This document shows positions 10,128 to 19,550 of a DNA stretch of 64,000 bases, in pieces. The translations under genes and the position numbers were made by a program. The stretch comes from an uncultured Candidatus Saccharibacteria bacterium. Its GTDB lineage: Bacteria > Patescibacteriota > Dojkabacteria > J137. The stretch covers positions 992,859 through 1,056,858 of the forward strand of contig OZ246402.1 of the NCBI GenBank assembly GCA_965230975.1. The letters run 5' to 3'. The stretch's first letter is position 1. Each line of letters begins with the position of its first letter. The notes under the pieces are model-generated. The model was not told the origin of the DNA and searched no databases. It was given only the letters and a program-made list of their open reading frames with translations.

Positions 10128-10562
10128 ATGTCAGAAAGAGGGCATTTTGAACTAAGTTGTGGTATAGAGGTACAAATAAGCTTAATTGGTAAAAATACTG
10201 CAAAAGTAAAGTATAACCTTGATGGTGAACAAAAAGAGGCTTTCCTAACATTTGAAGGCAACCATAGTGTGCTTTTAGAACATTTAAATTCGCTCAACAT
10301 AGAGGTGCTTATTAATTATTTAAAGTCTAAATGGGGCATACAATTTAATACAGTAGATAACCAAGAAATTATAGTTATACCTAAAGATGATAGCTTGCTG
10401 GTAATCTATTCTATAGAAAATATCTGCTACAGTAAAAAGTTAAGTAAAGCATTATTAAAAAGTAAAAGAATAATCACCTGGGATGCTTTTATGTACACAG
10501 CAACTAAAATGCACTTCTTAGATTTTCTTAGAGTTTTTAGGCTTATAGATTTAGAAATATAA
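10128..10562 (+). CDS. hypothetical protein, tandem paralog A (144 aa)
   Basis: Alignable along its whole length with the next ORF: FELSCGIEVQISLIGKNTAKVKYNLDGEQKEAFLTFEGNHS vs IELQNGVSLNIILLQKGLAQVDFVFSQEEMTAFIEFEGPQS. Confidence 0.45.
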   Translation: MSERGHFELSCGIEVQISLIGKNTAKVKYNLDGEQKEAFLTFEGNHSVLLEHLNSLNIEVLINYLKSKWGIQFNTVDNQEIIVIPKDDSLLVIYSIENICYSKKLSKALLKSKRIITWDAFMYTATKMHFLDFLRVFRLIDLEI

Positions 10563-10564
10563 CT

Positions 10565-10999
10565 ATGCCCGATAAACGAACAATCGAGTTACAAAATGGA
10601 GTAAGTCTAAATATAATTTTATTACAGAAAGGACTTGCACAAGTAGACTTTGTATTTAGCCAAGAAGAAATGACTGCATTTATAGAATTTGAAGGTCCTC
10701 AATCCAACTTAATAACAATCCTAGAATCTAAAGTAAATCAGAATGATTTAATAAATTTTCTACTATCGCACAGAACCATACCCATAGAGATAATGGGTAA
10801 CGATCAAGTTTTAATTATTCCCTACCCAAAACATATTCTATTTGTATATAAATACAATAACACAACTTACACAAGCATATTAGAGAAGTCTATGCTTGCA
10901 AGAAAACAAATATCAACTTTTGAAATTTTAGTAGATACAATTAAAACAAGTTATTTGTATAACTTGCTAGTACTTTTTGAAATAATAAAAGCAGAATAG
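10565..10999 (+). CDS. hypothetical protein, tandem paralog B (144 aa)
   Basis: Same length as paralog A and separated from it by only 2 nt. Clearly paralogous. Confidence 0.45.
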   Translation: MPDKRTIELQNGVSLNIILLQKGLAQVDFVFSQEEMTAFIEFEGPQSNLITILESKVNQNDLINFLLSHRTIPIEIMGNDQVLIIPYPKHILFVYKYNNTTYTSILEKSMLARKQISTFEILVDTIKTSYLYNLLVLFEIIKAE

Positions 11000-12127
11000 C
11001 TACTTTAATTTGTTTGTAAGCTTTTGGTTTCTATAGCTTTTACTTACTTCTAGCACAATAATTTGAATCATTGCAACTATCGGAATAGAGAGCAAAGCTC
11101 CAATTGGGCCACCTAATTGCAAACCAGCCATGGCACCAATAATACTGACAATTGGGTGCAAATCAACAGCACGCTTCATTACTGTAGGAACAATAAACAC
11201 ACCTTCTAATTGCTGCAAAATAATAAAAGCAATTAATATAAATATTAAAATTGGTACTCCTGCACCACTTAGTATTGCTGCTACTAATGCAACTATTAGT
11301 GTAATAACAGGGCCTATGCTAGGTACGCCTTCTAAAAGACCTGCTATTATTGCTAAAACAAGAGCATACCGAGCCAATGGGTAAGTTGGGTCAAAAAATG
11401 AGGGGATAATTAATATTAAATATGTTATTACTCCAATTATTAACATTAATAAAATTTGGCCGGCCATCCAAGATCCTAAACTAGCTTCGATTTTATCTAA
11501 AACTGGATCAAACCTTTTTTCTAAATGCTGAGGCAAAAGCCGAACTAAAGGTTTATAAACATAATCATCATGCTTTAACATATAAATTGAAAGCATTATT
11601 ATCACAAAAAGACTTAATACTCCTCCCAAAACACCACCCAAAATAGAAATACCAGTAGCTCCAAGATTATTAAGCAGGCTCATTAATCCATCATTAATAT
11701 TTTGCAAATCTACTTGAGAAATAGCGGTAGACAAATTATTAGCATTCGCACTTATTGATTCTAAATCAATATACTGGTTTAAAAACGGCAAATTATTTTG
11801 AATAAAACTAACAAAGTTTAATATTTTATTATCTATATCTGTAAAAAAAGCTCTTATTTGTGTAAAAGCAGTAGAAAATATTACAAAACCTAAAATGAGT
11901 ACTATTAAAAAAGAAATTGCATAAGTTATTGCTATTGCACCTGTCCTAGAAATATATTTGTTTTTAGATAATTTATCTACTATTGGTCTTAAACCTGCAT
12001 TTATAATATATGCAAAAAATACGGTTAAGATTAACCCTCTAAGTTCGTGGGCTAATGCCAATCCCAAGATTGTGAGTACTATTACTAAGATAGTTCGCAA
12101 GCTAAATGTGATTTTAGTTTGTGTCAT
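11000..12127 (-). CDS. AI-2E family (UPF0118/PerM-like) transporter
   Basis: 375 aa with about 8 TM helices. The C-terminal LLEGVPSIGPVITLIVALVAAIL motif region is typical of the AI-2E family. Confidence 0.55.
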   Translation of the reverse strand: MTQTKITFSLRTILVIVLTILGLALAHELRGLILTVFFAYIINAGLRPIVDKLSKNKYISRTGAIAITYAISFLIVLILGFVIFSTAFTQIRAFFTDIDNKILNFVSFIQNNLPFLNQYIDLESISANANNLSTAISQVDLQNINDGLMSLLNNLGATGISILGGVLGGVLSLFVIIMLSIYMLKHDDYVYKPLVRLLPQHLEKRFDPVLDKIEASLGSWMAGQILLMLIIGVITYLILIIPSFFDPTYPLARYALVLAIIAGLLEGVPSIGPVITLIVALVAAILSGAGVPILIFILIAFIILQQLEGVFIVPTVMKRAVDLHPIVSIIGAMAGLQLGGPIGALLSIPIVAMIQIIVLEVSKSYRNQKLTNKLK

Positions 12128-12213
12128 AAATGAATTTATTATTTATACAAAAGGATTATAGCATTTCTCCATATTAGTATATAATATGAAAGATTAAATA
12201 TAACCTTTTTATA

Positions 12214-12600
12214 ATGAAAGAAAATAAAATTAGTATTGTTATTGATAAACCTGTAGCTATAGTTTTTGACTTCACTATTAATCCAAGTAATACTCCCAAA
12301 TGGATAGATCATTTAATAAAAGAAGAAACTAATGAATATCCTCCTCGAATAGGCACTATTTATAGGAATAGAGGGTTAGTAGAAAATTGGGACGAATATT
12401 ATGTAAGCGAGATTAAAGAGAATTTACTTTTTGAATTAACTTCAAAAGATGGGGTTTATCATGTTAGATATAACTACAAACCTTTAAGCGAAAATCAAAC
12501 AGAAATGGAATATTACGAATGGATGAATGAAGGAGAATTAGGCACCCCATTTAGTATAGAAGTTCTTGAAAAGCTAAAGGCAGTTGTGGAAGAAATGTAA
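12214..12600 (+). CDS. SRPBCC-like small protein
   Basis: 128 aa with a polyketide_cyc2-like pattern. Weak. Confidence 0.35.
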   Translation: MKENKISIVIDKPVAIVFDFTINPSNTPKWIDHLIKEETNEYPPRIGTIYRNRGLVENWDEYYVSEIKENLLFELTSKDGVYHVRYNYKPLSENQTEMEYYEWMNEGELGTPFSIEVLEKLKAVVEEM

Positions 12601-12816
12601 TCAAGCTTTTTTAATACGATTCTTGTTGCACAACACTTGTCTCTTTCAACTTTTGTATCCGAGTTGTAACAGATTTAGTTATAACATGAATTAAAATCGA
12701 TACAAATATATTATATCTTACTGGAAAAGATACTGGTTATTTAAGAAAATTCATAGATTTTCAAATATTATTTAAGAGCAATCGTTTACTAAGTATACAA
12801 ATGATATACTTATTGC

Positions 12817-14349
12817 ATGTCCGTTTTAGCAACAAAACCAACTCAACTACAAGATAAAATCAAAAATGCCCCTAAATTGCCGGGTTGTTACATGTATAAA
12901 GATTCTAATGGCAAAATAATCTATGTAGGCAAAGCAAAAAACATAATTAACAGAGTCAAAAGCTACTTCATAAACTATCCAAAACTTGATTTAAAAATCC
13001 AAGCAATGATAGATAATGCAGTAGATATAGACTTTTTAACAGTAGATTCTGAAGTAGAAGCATTAATACTGGAGACAAATCTAATCAAAAAATATCATCC
13101 AAAATACAACACAATGATGATGGATGATAAAAACTATAGTTACGTGATGTTTGAAAAACAAATCAAAGGCATTAACGATTTTCCAAGAATAAGGCTAGTA
13201 AGAGCAAAAGAAGACCCGGATGCAGAATATTTTGGACCATACCCTAACAGAATGCCATTAAAAAACATTTTAAAAAGATTAAGAAAAGTATTTCCATACG
13301 CCAGTTGCAATCGAAGACTGGTACAGGTTAGCAAAGACCCTCTAAAAATCGACACAAATAACTCTTCACCATGTCTTTACTACCACTTGGGACTTTGCAA
13401 AGCACCTTGCGCAAGTTATCAAAGCAAAGAGGATTACATGAAAACATATAATCAACTTAAAAAGTTTTTTAGAGGTGAAAAAGTAGAAATTCTTAAAGAA
13501 CTTGAGGTAGAGATGGGCAGTTATGCCAAGGCTATGGATTACGAGAACGCAGCTCAGGTTAGAGATAAAATTAACGATATTAAGTACGTAACTAAATACA
13601 TTAAAGTTGATAATGATGTAGATGATATCTCTATCAACGAACTGCAGGCACAAAGTAGAGAAGAGGGGATTAACCAACTCATAGAAGAGTTAAAATTCCC
13701 GCAAGAAAAATTGCAAAATCACAAAGGCTTTAAAATTGAATGCTACGACATAAGCAATATTCAAGGTACAAATGCTGTAGGGGCAATGACAGTTATGGTA
13801 GATGGAGAACTTAGAAAAGATTTATATAGAAAATTTAAGATTCAAAGAAAAAATACCCCTAACGACTTTGCTATGATGCAAGAGGTTTTAAGAAGAAGAC
13901 TTAGCTATTTAATTCAACCACCCGAGCTAACTGGTGAAATTGAAGCATCTGAAGATGCAGAAAATATTTCAGAAGACCCTTCACAAATTAGTCAAAAAAT
14001 AGAAAGTTCGGATAACTCTTTTGATATTATGCCGGATTTGATAATTGTAGATGGAGGTAAAGGTCAGTTAAGCGCGGCATACACTATTCTTTACCAAATG
14101 GGTTTACACAACACAATTCCAATTGTAGGCTTGGCAAAAAGAGAAGAGGAGATATTTAAACTAGCACATCAGTTTTTTGATAACTCTTTAGGCAACTATA
14201 TCCCAGAACTAGAAAAAACTTTTACAAGAATCTTCTTAACACGAAGATCTGAAGCTTTATTTATAGTACAAAGAATTAGAGACGAAGCCCACAGATTTGG
14301 AATAACTTACCACAGAAAGTTAAGATCTAAAAAGATGTTAGTTAAATAA
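12817..14349 (+). CDS. uvrC: excinuclease ABC subunit C, short form lacking the C-terminal (HhH)2 domain
   Basis: N-terminal GIY-YIG (GCYMYKDSNGKIIYVGKAKNIINRVKSYF), a UvrB-interacting region, and an RNase H-like endonuclease domain (IECYDISNIQGTNAVGAMTV). At 510 aa it is shorter than the ~600-aa canonical UvrC. Confidence 0.85.
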   Translation: MSVLATKPTQLQDKIKNAPKLPGCYMYKDSNGKIIYVGKAKNIINRVKSYFINYPKLDLKIQAMIDNAVDIDFLTVDSEVEALILETNLIKKYHPKYNTMMMDDKNYSYVMFEKQIKGINDFPRIRLVRAKEDPDAEYFGPYPNRMPLKNILKRLRKVFPYASCNRRLVQVSKDPLKIDTNNSSPCLYYHLGLCKAPCASYQSKEDYMKTYNQLKKFFRGEKVEILKELEVEMGSYAKAMDYENAAQVRDKINDIKYVTKYIKVDNDVDDISINELQAQSREEGINQLIEELKFPQEKLQNHKGFKIECYDISNIQGTNAVGAMTVMVDGELRKDLYRKFKIQRKNTPNDFAMMQEVLRRRLSYLIQPPELTGEIEASEDAENISEDPSQISQKIESSDNSFDIMPDLIIVDGGKGQLSAAYTILYQMGLHNTIPIVGLAKREEEIFKLAHQFFDNSLGNYIPELEKTFTRIFLTRRSEALFIVQRIRDEAHRFGITYHRKLRSKKMLVK

Positions 14350-15252
14350 TTAACCCTCTTGTATTGTCGACTTATTAACAGGCTTTGGATTCAAAATCTC
14401 CTCTTTTATTGAATCAATCGTAGTTTGCTCTAAAGTTTCATTTCTCAAAATAGATTCTATTGTGGTTACGTTTAAAGGAGATGCAATCCCTGTAGGTGCA
14501 GGTATTTTTGAAATATCTAAGCTTGGGTTTGGTGAATCTGAAATTTCCACTTTTTTTGTTCCAAATTCCAATATTTTTTTAAAGTAACTTTTAATATTAA
14601 ACTTAGAAAGTAATTTTATCTTTGGTCTTTTAGGCAAATGGATATTAAATTTTTTTGAAAAATCATTTAATTGTATAAAAACGCCATCAACAAATCTTTC
14701 AGTTAATAAATCTATTACTATAATTATTATTAACCAAAGCAATGTAGATAAATTAATTCTGCCACTTAAAAAAGGTTGTTCAAAAATTACACCTTGAGCC
14801 CATTCTGTTGAGCCATATATTACTCTAACAAATAACGGAGATTCTAAATTTAAGCCAACAGCAAATAAATCAAATAATATTCTTAATATTAAAAATGATT
14901 CCAAAAATTTAAAAATTGCATCTACAAAGTTTTGAAAAACATCTTTAAAATTATCAAATAAAAAAGATGTTATAAACTCAGATAAAGCAATAGCAACAAG
15001 TATGTACACAATAAATGCAATAATTGCTGCTTCATTAATAAACATTAAAATGCCACTTTGAGGTAAAGTTATTAAACCCTCAAAAGGGAAAATAAAAACA
15101 GAGGTAATTTGCGAAACTAAGCTAACAATACCGTTTGATGAATCTGCTGAGATCAAATCTAAGGTGATTCTTAAAAACAAAAAAGCCTCCATTATACCCA
15201 AAATAGCAAATATCACGGCTCTAATTCTAGATCTTAATACATCTAACTCCAT
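14350..15252 (-). CDS. integral membrane protein with internal duplication (possible YggT-like)
   Basis: 300 aa with multiple TM helices. Two similar segments (FLFLRITLDLISA / FLILRILFDLFAV) are reminiscent of YggT repeats. Tentative. Confidence 0.3.
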   Translation of the reverse strand: MELDVLRSRIRAVIFAILGIMEAFLFLRITLDLISADSSNGIVSLVSQITSVFIFPFEGLITLPQSGILMFINEAAIIAFIVYILVAIALSEFITSFLFDNFKDVFQNFVDAIFKFLESFLILRILFDLFAVGLNLESPLFVRVIYGSTEWAQGVIFEQPFLSGRINLSTLLWLIIIIVIDLLTERFVDGVFIQLNDFSKKFNIHLPKRPKIKLLSKFNIKSYFKKILEFGTKKVEISDSPNPSLDISKIPAPTGIASPLNVTTIESILRNETLEQTTIDSIKEEILNPKPVNKSTIQEG

Positions 15253-15339
15253 ACTTATTAATTTGAATCAAATAATTCTTAATTAGAATATATGTTTTTT
15301 ATGTGATTTATTTTATCACAAAGAAAATCCAAAAACTGA

Positions 15340-16239
15340 TTGTCTACTAAGCTTGAACATGACATAATTCAACATATGACAAACACATTTAGATTAGAGC
15401 AAAATTTAAACTCAGAAAACTTACCAATTTGGGCACTTGATAAATATGCAGATTTTGGAGTTTTACAAGCATACTCAGAAATAGAATATGAAAAACTTTC
15501 AGCAGAGTTATTAAAGAAGTATCAACTAAAAGGAATTTATTTAAAGAAGAGATTTATAAACGACCCAAAACAAGAAGACTTAACTGAATTAGTTGCTGGT
15601 GTTGATGCTCCAGATGAGATTATTGTTATAGAAAATGATCTTAAATTTTTAATAAAACTTAAAGAGAGGTTAGATGTTGGTTTATTTTTAGACCACAGAG
15701 TTTCAAGAGAAATTATTAGAGACTATGCAAAAAACAAAGATGTTTTAAACTTGTTTGCTTACACTGGATCCTTTTCGGTTTACTGTGCAGCTGCAGGTGC
15801 AAAATCTACAACTACTGTAGACTTATCTAATAATTATTGCACTTGGGCACAAAAGAATTTAGAGCTGAATGGGTTTAACGTTAATTACAAAGAACGGGGA
15901 GAGGGTGCACAAAATGAGATTTGGAATGAAGATGTTTTTGAATTTATTCAAATTGCTATAGAAACTGGTTCAAAATACGACATTATTATTCTTGATCCAC
16001 CAAGCTTTTCAAGAAACAAAAGCAAAGTATTTAATGTTCAAAACGACCACGTTAAGTTAATAAAAGATATACAAGAACATATTTTAAACCCAGGTGGAAT
16101 TTTATTCTTTAGTACAAACCTTTCTACATTTGTCTTAAGCCCATACATTAGACCAGGTGCAGATAAATTAACAAAGAAAACCGTCCCTCAAGAATTCCAA
16201 CCATTTAGGGCTCACCAAAGTTTTGTGTTTTACGGGTAA
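15340..16239 (+). CDS. class I SAM-dependent rRNA methyltransferase (RlmI/RlmK-like)
   Basis: LNLFAYTGSFSVYCAAAGA...TTVDLS ... IIILDPPSFSRNK: the SAM-binding and DPPxF catalytic motifs of the PF10672-type RNA MTases. Confidence 0.65.
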   Translation: MSTKLEHDIIQHMTNTFRLEQNLNSENLPIWALDKYADFGVLQAYSEIEYEKLSAELLKKYQLKGIYLKKRFINDPKQEDLTELVAGVDAPDEIIVIENDLKFLIKLKERLDVGLFLDHRVSREIIRDYAKNKDVLNLFAYTGSFSVYCAAAGAKSTTTVDLSNNYCTWAQKNLELNGFNVNYKERGEGAQNEIWNEDVFEFIQIAIETGSKYDIIILDPPSFSRNKSKVFNVQNDHVKLIKDIQEHILNPGGILFFSTNLSTFVLSPYIRPGADKLTKKTVPQEFQPFRAHQSFVFYG

Positions 16240-16309
16240 AATTTGTAGATTAATTGAAGAACAAGAGCTAAAAATTTAAAACGCATACCGCACTGCAAAG
16301 GCAAAGTGA

Positions 16310-18115
16310 TTAATCGCCTTTTCTTAATTCGTACATTCTAATAATTTCTTCAATTGTATTTGGGTAATCTTTATCTCTTTTCCAAATTTTCATTCTTGGA
16401 AATCTAATAGAAAGACCTTTAGAAGCATCATCTTTTTTAACTTTTGCAGAAATGCCTTTAGCAGCCGTATGAGCAGGGCTTCTTGTAATCTCATCTGCAA
16501 TAATTTCCATTACAATGGAAGGTTTAACCCAAACATTTGGGTACAAAACCTTATCTACTTCTACATTTTCTGGCTTTTCTAAAACTTCGATTGGCTGTAA
16601 GTCTTTATACATTTGAGTCATCATCTCTTCTGTGAAGCCACTTCCCACCTTACCGATACTGTAATATTTATCTTCTTTAGGGTCATAAACACCTGCTAAA
16701 AGCGTTCCAAACCCAAATCTTGATCTATCTCCTTTTCCGTAATAATATCCCAAAACTACCACATCTATTGTGTCTACAAGATCGCTTCTTGTATTTGCTT
16801 TTAGTTTAATCCACTTAAAGTTTCTAGAACCAGGTTCGTAGGTTGTTCCAGTTTGTTTAGTAATAATACCTTCTAAACCATTTTCTACTTTGGATTTAAA
16901 GTACTCCTCAAGTTCTTCTTCGGATTTCATTTGAATGGTTTCTAACATTCTTAAAGAGCCTTCACTTTTATCTAAAATTTTGTGTAATAGTTCTAATCTT
17001 TCCTCTAAAGGTTTTTGTGTTAAATCTTCGCCATTCAAATACAAAAGATCAAAGCACATAGATCTTACAGGAATATTTTTAGAATATGCATCAATATCGT
17101 TCTTTCTCTTTCTTTGCATGGTCTCTTGATACGATAGATAGTCATTTTTAGCACTATCGAAGCCAATAATTTCTGAATCTAATATTATTGATTCAACACC
17201 CAGCTTTGCCAATGACTCACATAATTCTGGAAATTGGTCTGTCATTGTTTCCATGTTTCTACTAAAAACTGCGCAATTAACAGGCTGGTCTTCAAAATTA
17301 GAACTAGAGTAGTGCAATTGCCCTCTTAAGCCATCTAATTTAGGTTGAACAAAGCAATTTGGCATTCTTTCCCAAACTGCTTGTGAATTTGCTTCGCGCT
17401 CGACAAGTTTAGAGGCTATTGGAATGCCAGGCACGACCTTCATCTTGTCGAGCGCGGGCTTTAAATCGTTTTTATTTTGTAAAACCGTTTCGAATAATTC
17501 ACCTAAATCTGCTTTTTTACCAAATGCTAAATCTAAGTCAGCTCGTAAACTTTTGTCTCCAGCTACAAACCATGAAAATGAATCTAGTATTGTTTTTTCG
17601 CTTAAACCTAATCTAATTGTGCCAACAATCATTCTTGTTACATATTTTGCAGAAAGTGAATCTATTGATCTTATTATTTTCGTATACGCTTGCATCTTCT
17701 TTTCTTGAGAACCAGCACCTGTTGAGTATGCGATTTCGCTCATTGCAGAATAGATGCTATTAATATCGGTTCCTTTTATTTTTTCCGATTCTATTAAAGT
17801 ATTTGATTCTAGTTTTGATATGTTAATTAATTCTTCTACTACAGATCCCACATCTCCCTTTTCTTTGTAAAGCTTTTTTACAAGTTCTGAATCTTGGCTT
17901 AAATCTTCTAATGCTCTTATTATTAATTTTTGAGAGAAGTTGAATTCTAAGGGTACAAATTTAGGGGCTAATCTACCTTGTAGCAAATACATTACGTGTT
18001 TTGATTCGTTTAAATCTACATGAGAATATAGTTCTGATAATAAAACGGTTATATCGTTTCTGCCAGACGTGTTTTCTATTTTGTATAGGTATTCGCTAAA
18101 TTCTTTAAATTGCAT
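16310..18115 (-). CDS. ATP-dependent DNA ligase (archaeal/eukaryotic-type, with N-terminal DNA-binding domain)
   Basis: Motif I KLDGLRGQ (KxDGxR) and downstream nucleotidyltransferase motifs (EGIITKQ, DTIDVVVLGYYYGKGDRSRFGFGTLLAGVYD, KWIKLK), followed by an OB-fold tail. 601 aa. Confidence 0.85.
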   Translation of the reverse strand: MQFKEFSEYLYKIENTSGRNDITVLLSELYSHVDLNESKHVMYLLQGRLAPKFVPLEFNFSQKLIIRALEDLSQDSELVKKLYKEKGDVGSVVEELINISKLESNTLIESEKIKGTDINSIYSAMSEIAYSTGAGSQEKKMQAYTKIIRSIDSLSAKYVTRMIVGTIRLGLSEKTILDSFSWFVAGDKSLRADLDLAFGKKADLGELFETVLQNKNDLKPALDKMKVVPGIPIASKLVEREANSQAVWERMPNCFVQPKLDGLRGQLHYSSSNFEDQPVNCAVFSRNMETMTDQFPELCESLAKLGVESIILDSEIIGFDSAKNDYLSYQETMQRKRKNDIDAYSKNIPVRSMCFDLLYLNGEDLTQKPLEERLELLHKILDKSEGSLRMLETIQMKSEEELEEYFKSKVENGLEGIITKQTGTTYEPGSRNFKWIKLKANTRSDLVDTIDVVVLGYYYGKGDRSRFGFGTLLAGVYDPKEDKYYSIGKVGSGFTEEMMTQMYKDLQPIEVLEKPENVEVDKVLYPNVWVKPSIVMEIIADEITRSPAHTAAKGISAKVKKDDASKGLSIRFPRMKIWKRDKDYPNTIEEIIRMYELRKGD

Positions 18116-18125
18116 AGGTTTGGGT

Positions 18126-19550
18126 TTAAATTGTTCCAGATGGAATTATATCTAGAATATTAACTCCTAATATTCTTAATATTAACACACTGAATACTAA
18201 TGTTGCCAAACCTGTTAGCGTTGCGATTAATTGTTCTCTTGCTTTCTTTATTTCTCCTTCATCTCCTTGCATGTATCTTAGTCCTACCAAAATAAGTTGC
18301 AATAAAGCAACACCACCCATTGTTCCAAGTGCTATTCTTATTAAGTTTGTAATTATTCCAACAGGAGTAGTATCTATACAACCTAATGCAGTTGGCAAAC
18401 CACCTTGAGCTCTACATTGTTCTATAAAAGCTGCGTTTGTTGGGTCACCATTTTTTTCTGCCTCTAAAACTGCAAGAGTATCTGCAATGTTGTTGTTAAC
18501 TAAAGCACGTTTGGTTATAGCTCCGTTACCTGCACATACTAGTAATTTACCTTCTTCAGTTTCGGTAGGATCAGTAATTACCATAGCCTCACCAACATCG
18601 TAACACTGGTTACATTGAAGGTTTGGAGTAGATTCAAATGCCACTGGATCAATTATTGCTATATCGCTACCGTTTGATTTAAATTTCTCTAAAGAAAATC
18701 CTGCTGCACTAGTATCCGCTGGCACTAGTGCGCAACCATCTTTATTTAAACAACTTAAGTTAGACCCAGTTCTAGGGACTACTTTTAACGGAGTGCCCAA
18801 AGGCAAACCTCTAGTAGCATCATCATTTATAACTTTGGTCATTGCAGATTGTCTACCTGAATAAATTAATGGTTTAGCATCTACTAAATTTGTTCTACTG
18901 TAACATGTCAAAACACCGCCAACATTCATATAGAAGTCAGGCGTGTTATTGTTAGAAGGGTCATCTGGAATTAAACAACATGCACTGTCATGTGTATTAT
19001 TTTTAGTGTGATCAGTAACACTATCTGCACGGCCAACACCTGCGTATCCTGATGGACAACATAAACCCGAGTAAGGCAAATATTCTAGATAAGGGCTTTT
19101 TACAATACTTGTTAAAACTCGACCTGCACCACAAACCCTAGGTACTACATCCGCTGTTAGATCTGAATCGTATACGCTAGAGTCATCTGGATTAGGAGCT
19201 TGAGTAGCCGGACTTCCATCACGGTTCACTGGAAAAACTACAAAATCTCCATTTGCATCTAAATACGTTTCCGGCACACATACCTCTCCTAAATCACTTG
19301 CAGATGGATGTGAACTCAAGACTGATTGTTGAAAATCATCTTTATTTGCATCACTTGCATATTCCACTTTATTTTCATCAATTAATTGCTGTATATTTAA
19401 ACCACCCGTTCCGCAATTAGAATTATTCATTATGCATGAAATCCCAAATCCTTTTAACTGCGCTTCAACTTTTGTTGTACTTGTTAAATATATACCTCCA
19501 ATAAACAAACTTGCTATTGCAGCTAATAATAAGAATTTGAATTGATTCAT
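18126..19550 (-). CDS. secreted Cys-rich protein with C-terminal double-TM segment resembling VirB2/TrbC pilin
   Basis: Signal peptide, then about 18 Cys over ~370 aa. The final ~100 aa are two hydrophobic helices flanking a charged loop (IALGTMGGVALLQLILVGLRYMQGDEGEIKKAREQLIATLTGLATLVFSVLILRILGV). Overlaps the upstream ORF by 4 nt and ends 10 nt before the ligase gene. Confidence 0.4.
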   Translation of the reverse strand: MNQFKFLLLAAIASLFIGGIYLTSTTKVEAQLKGFGISCIMNNSNCGTGGLNIQQLIDENKVEYASDANKDDFQQSVLSSHPSASDLGEVCVPETYLDANGDFVVFPVNRDGSPATQAPNPDDSSVYDSDLTADVVPRVCGAGRVLTSIVKSPYLEYLPYSGLCCPSGYAGVGRADSVTDHTKNNTHDSACCLIPDDPSNNNTPDFYMNVGGVLTCYSRTNLVDAKPLIYSGRQSAMTKVINDDATRGLPLGTPLKVVPRTGSNLSCLNKDGCALVPADTSAAGFSLEKFKSNGSDIAIIDPVAFESTPNLQCNQCYDVGEAMVITDPTETEEGKLLVCAGNGAITKRALVNNNIADTLAVLEAEKNGDPTNAAFIEQCRAQGGLPTALGCIDTTPVGIITNLIRIALGTMGGVALLQLILVGLRYMQGDEGEIKKAREQLIATLTGLATLVFSVLILRILGVNILDIIPSGTI

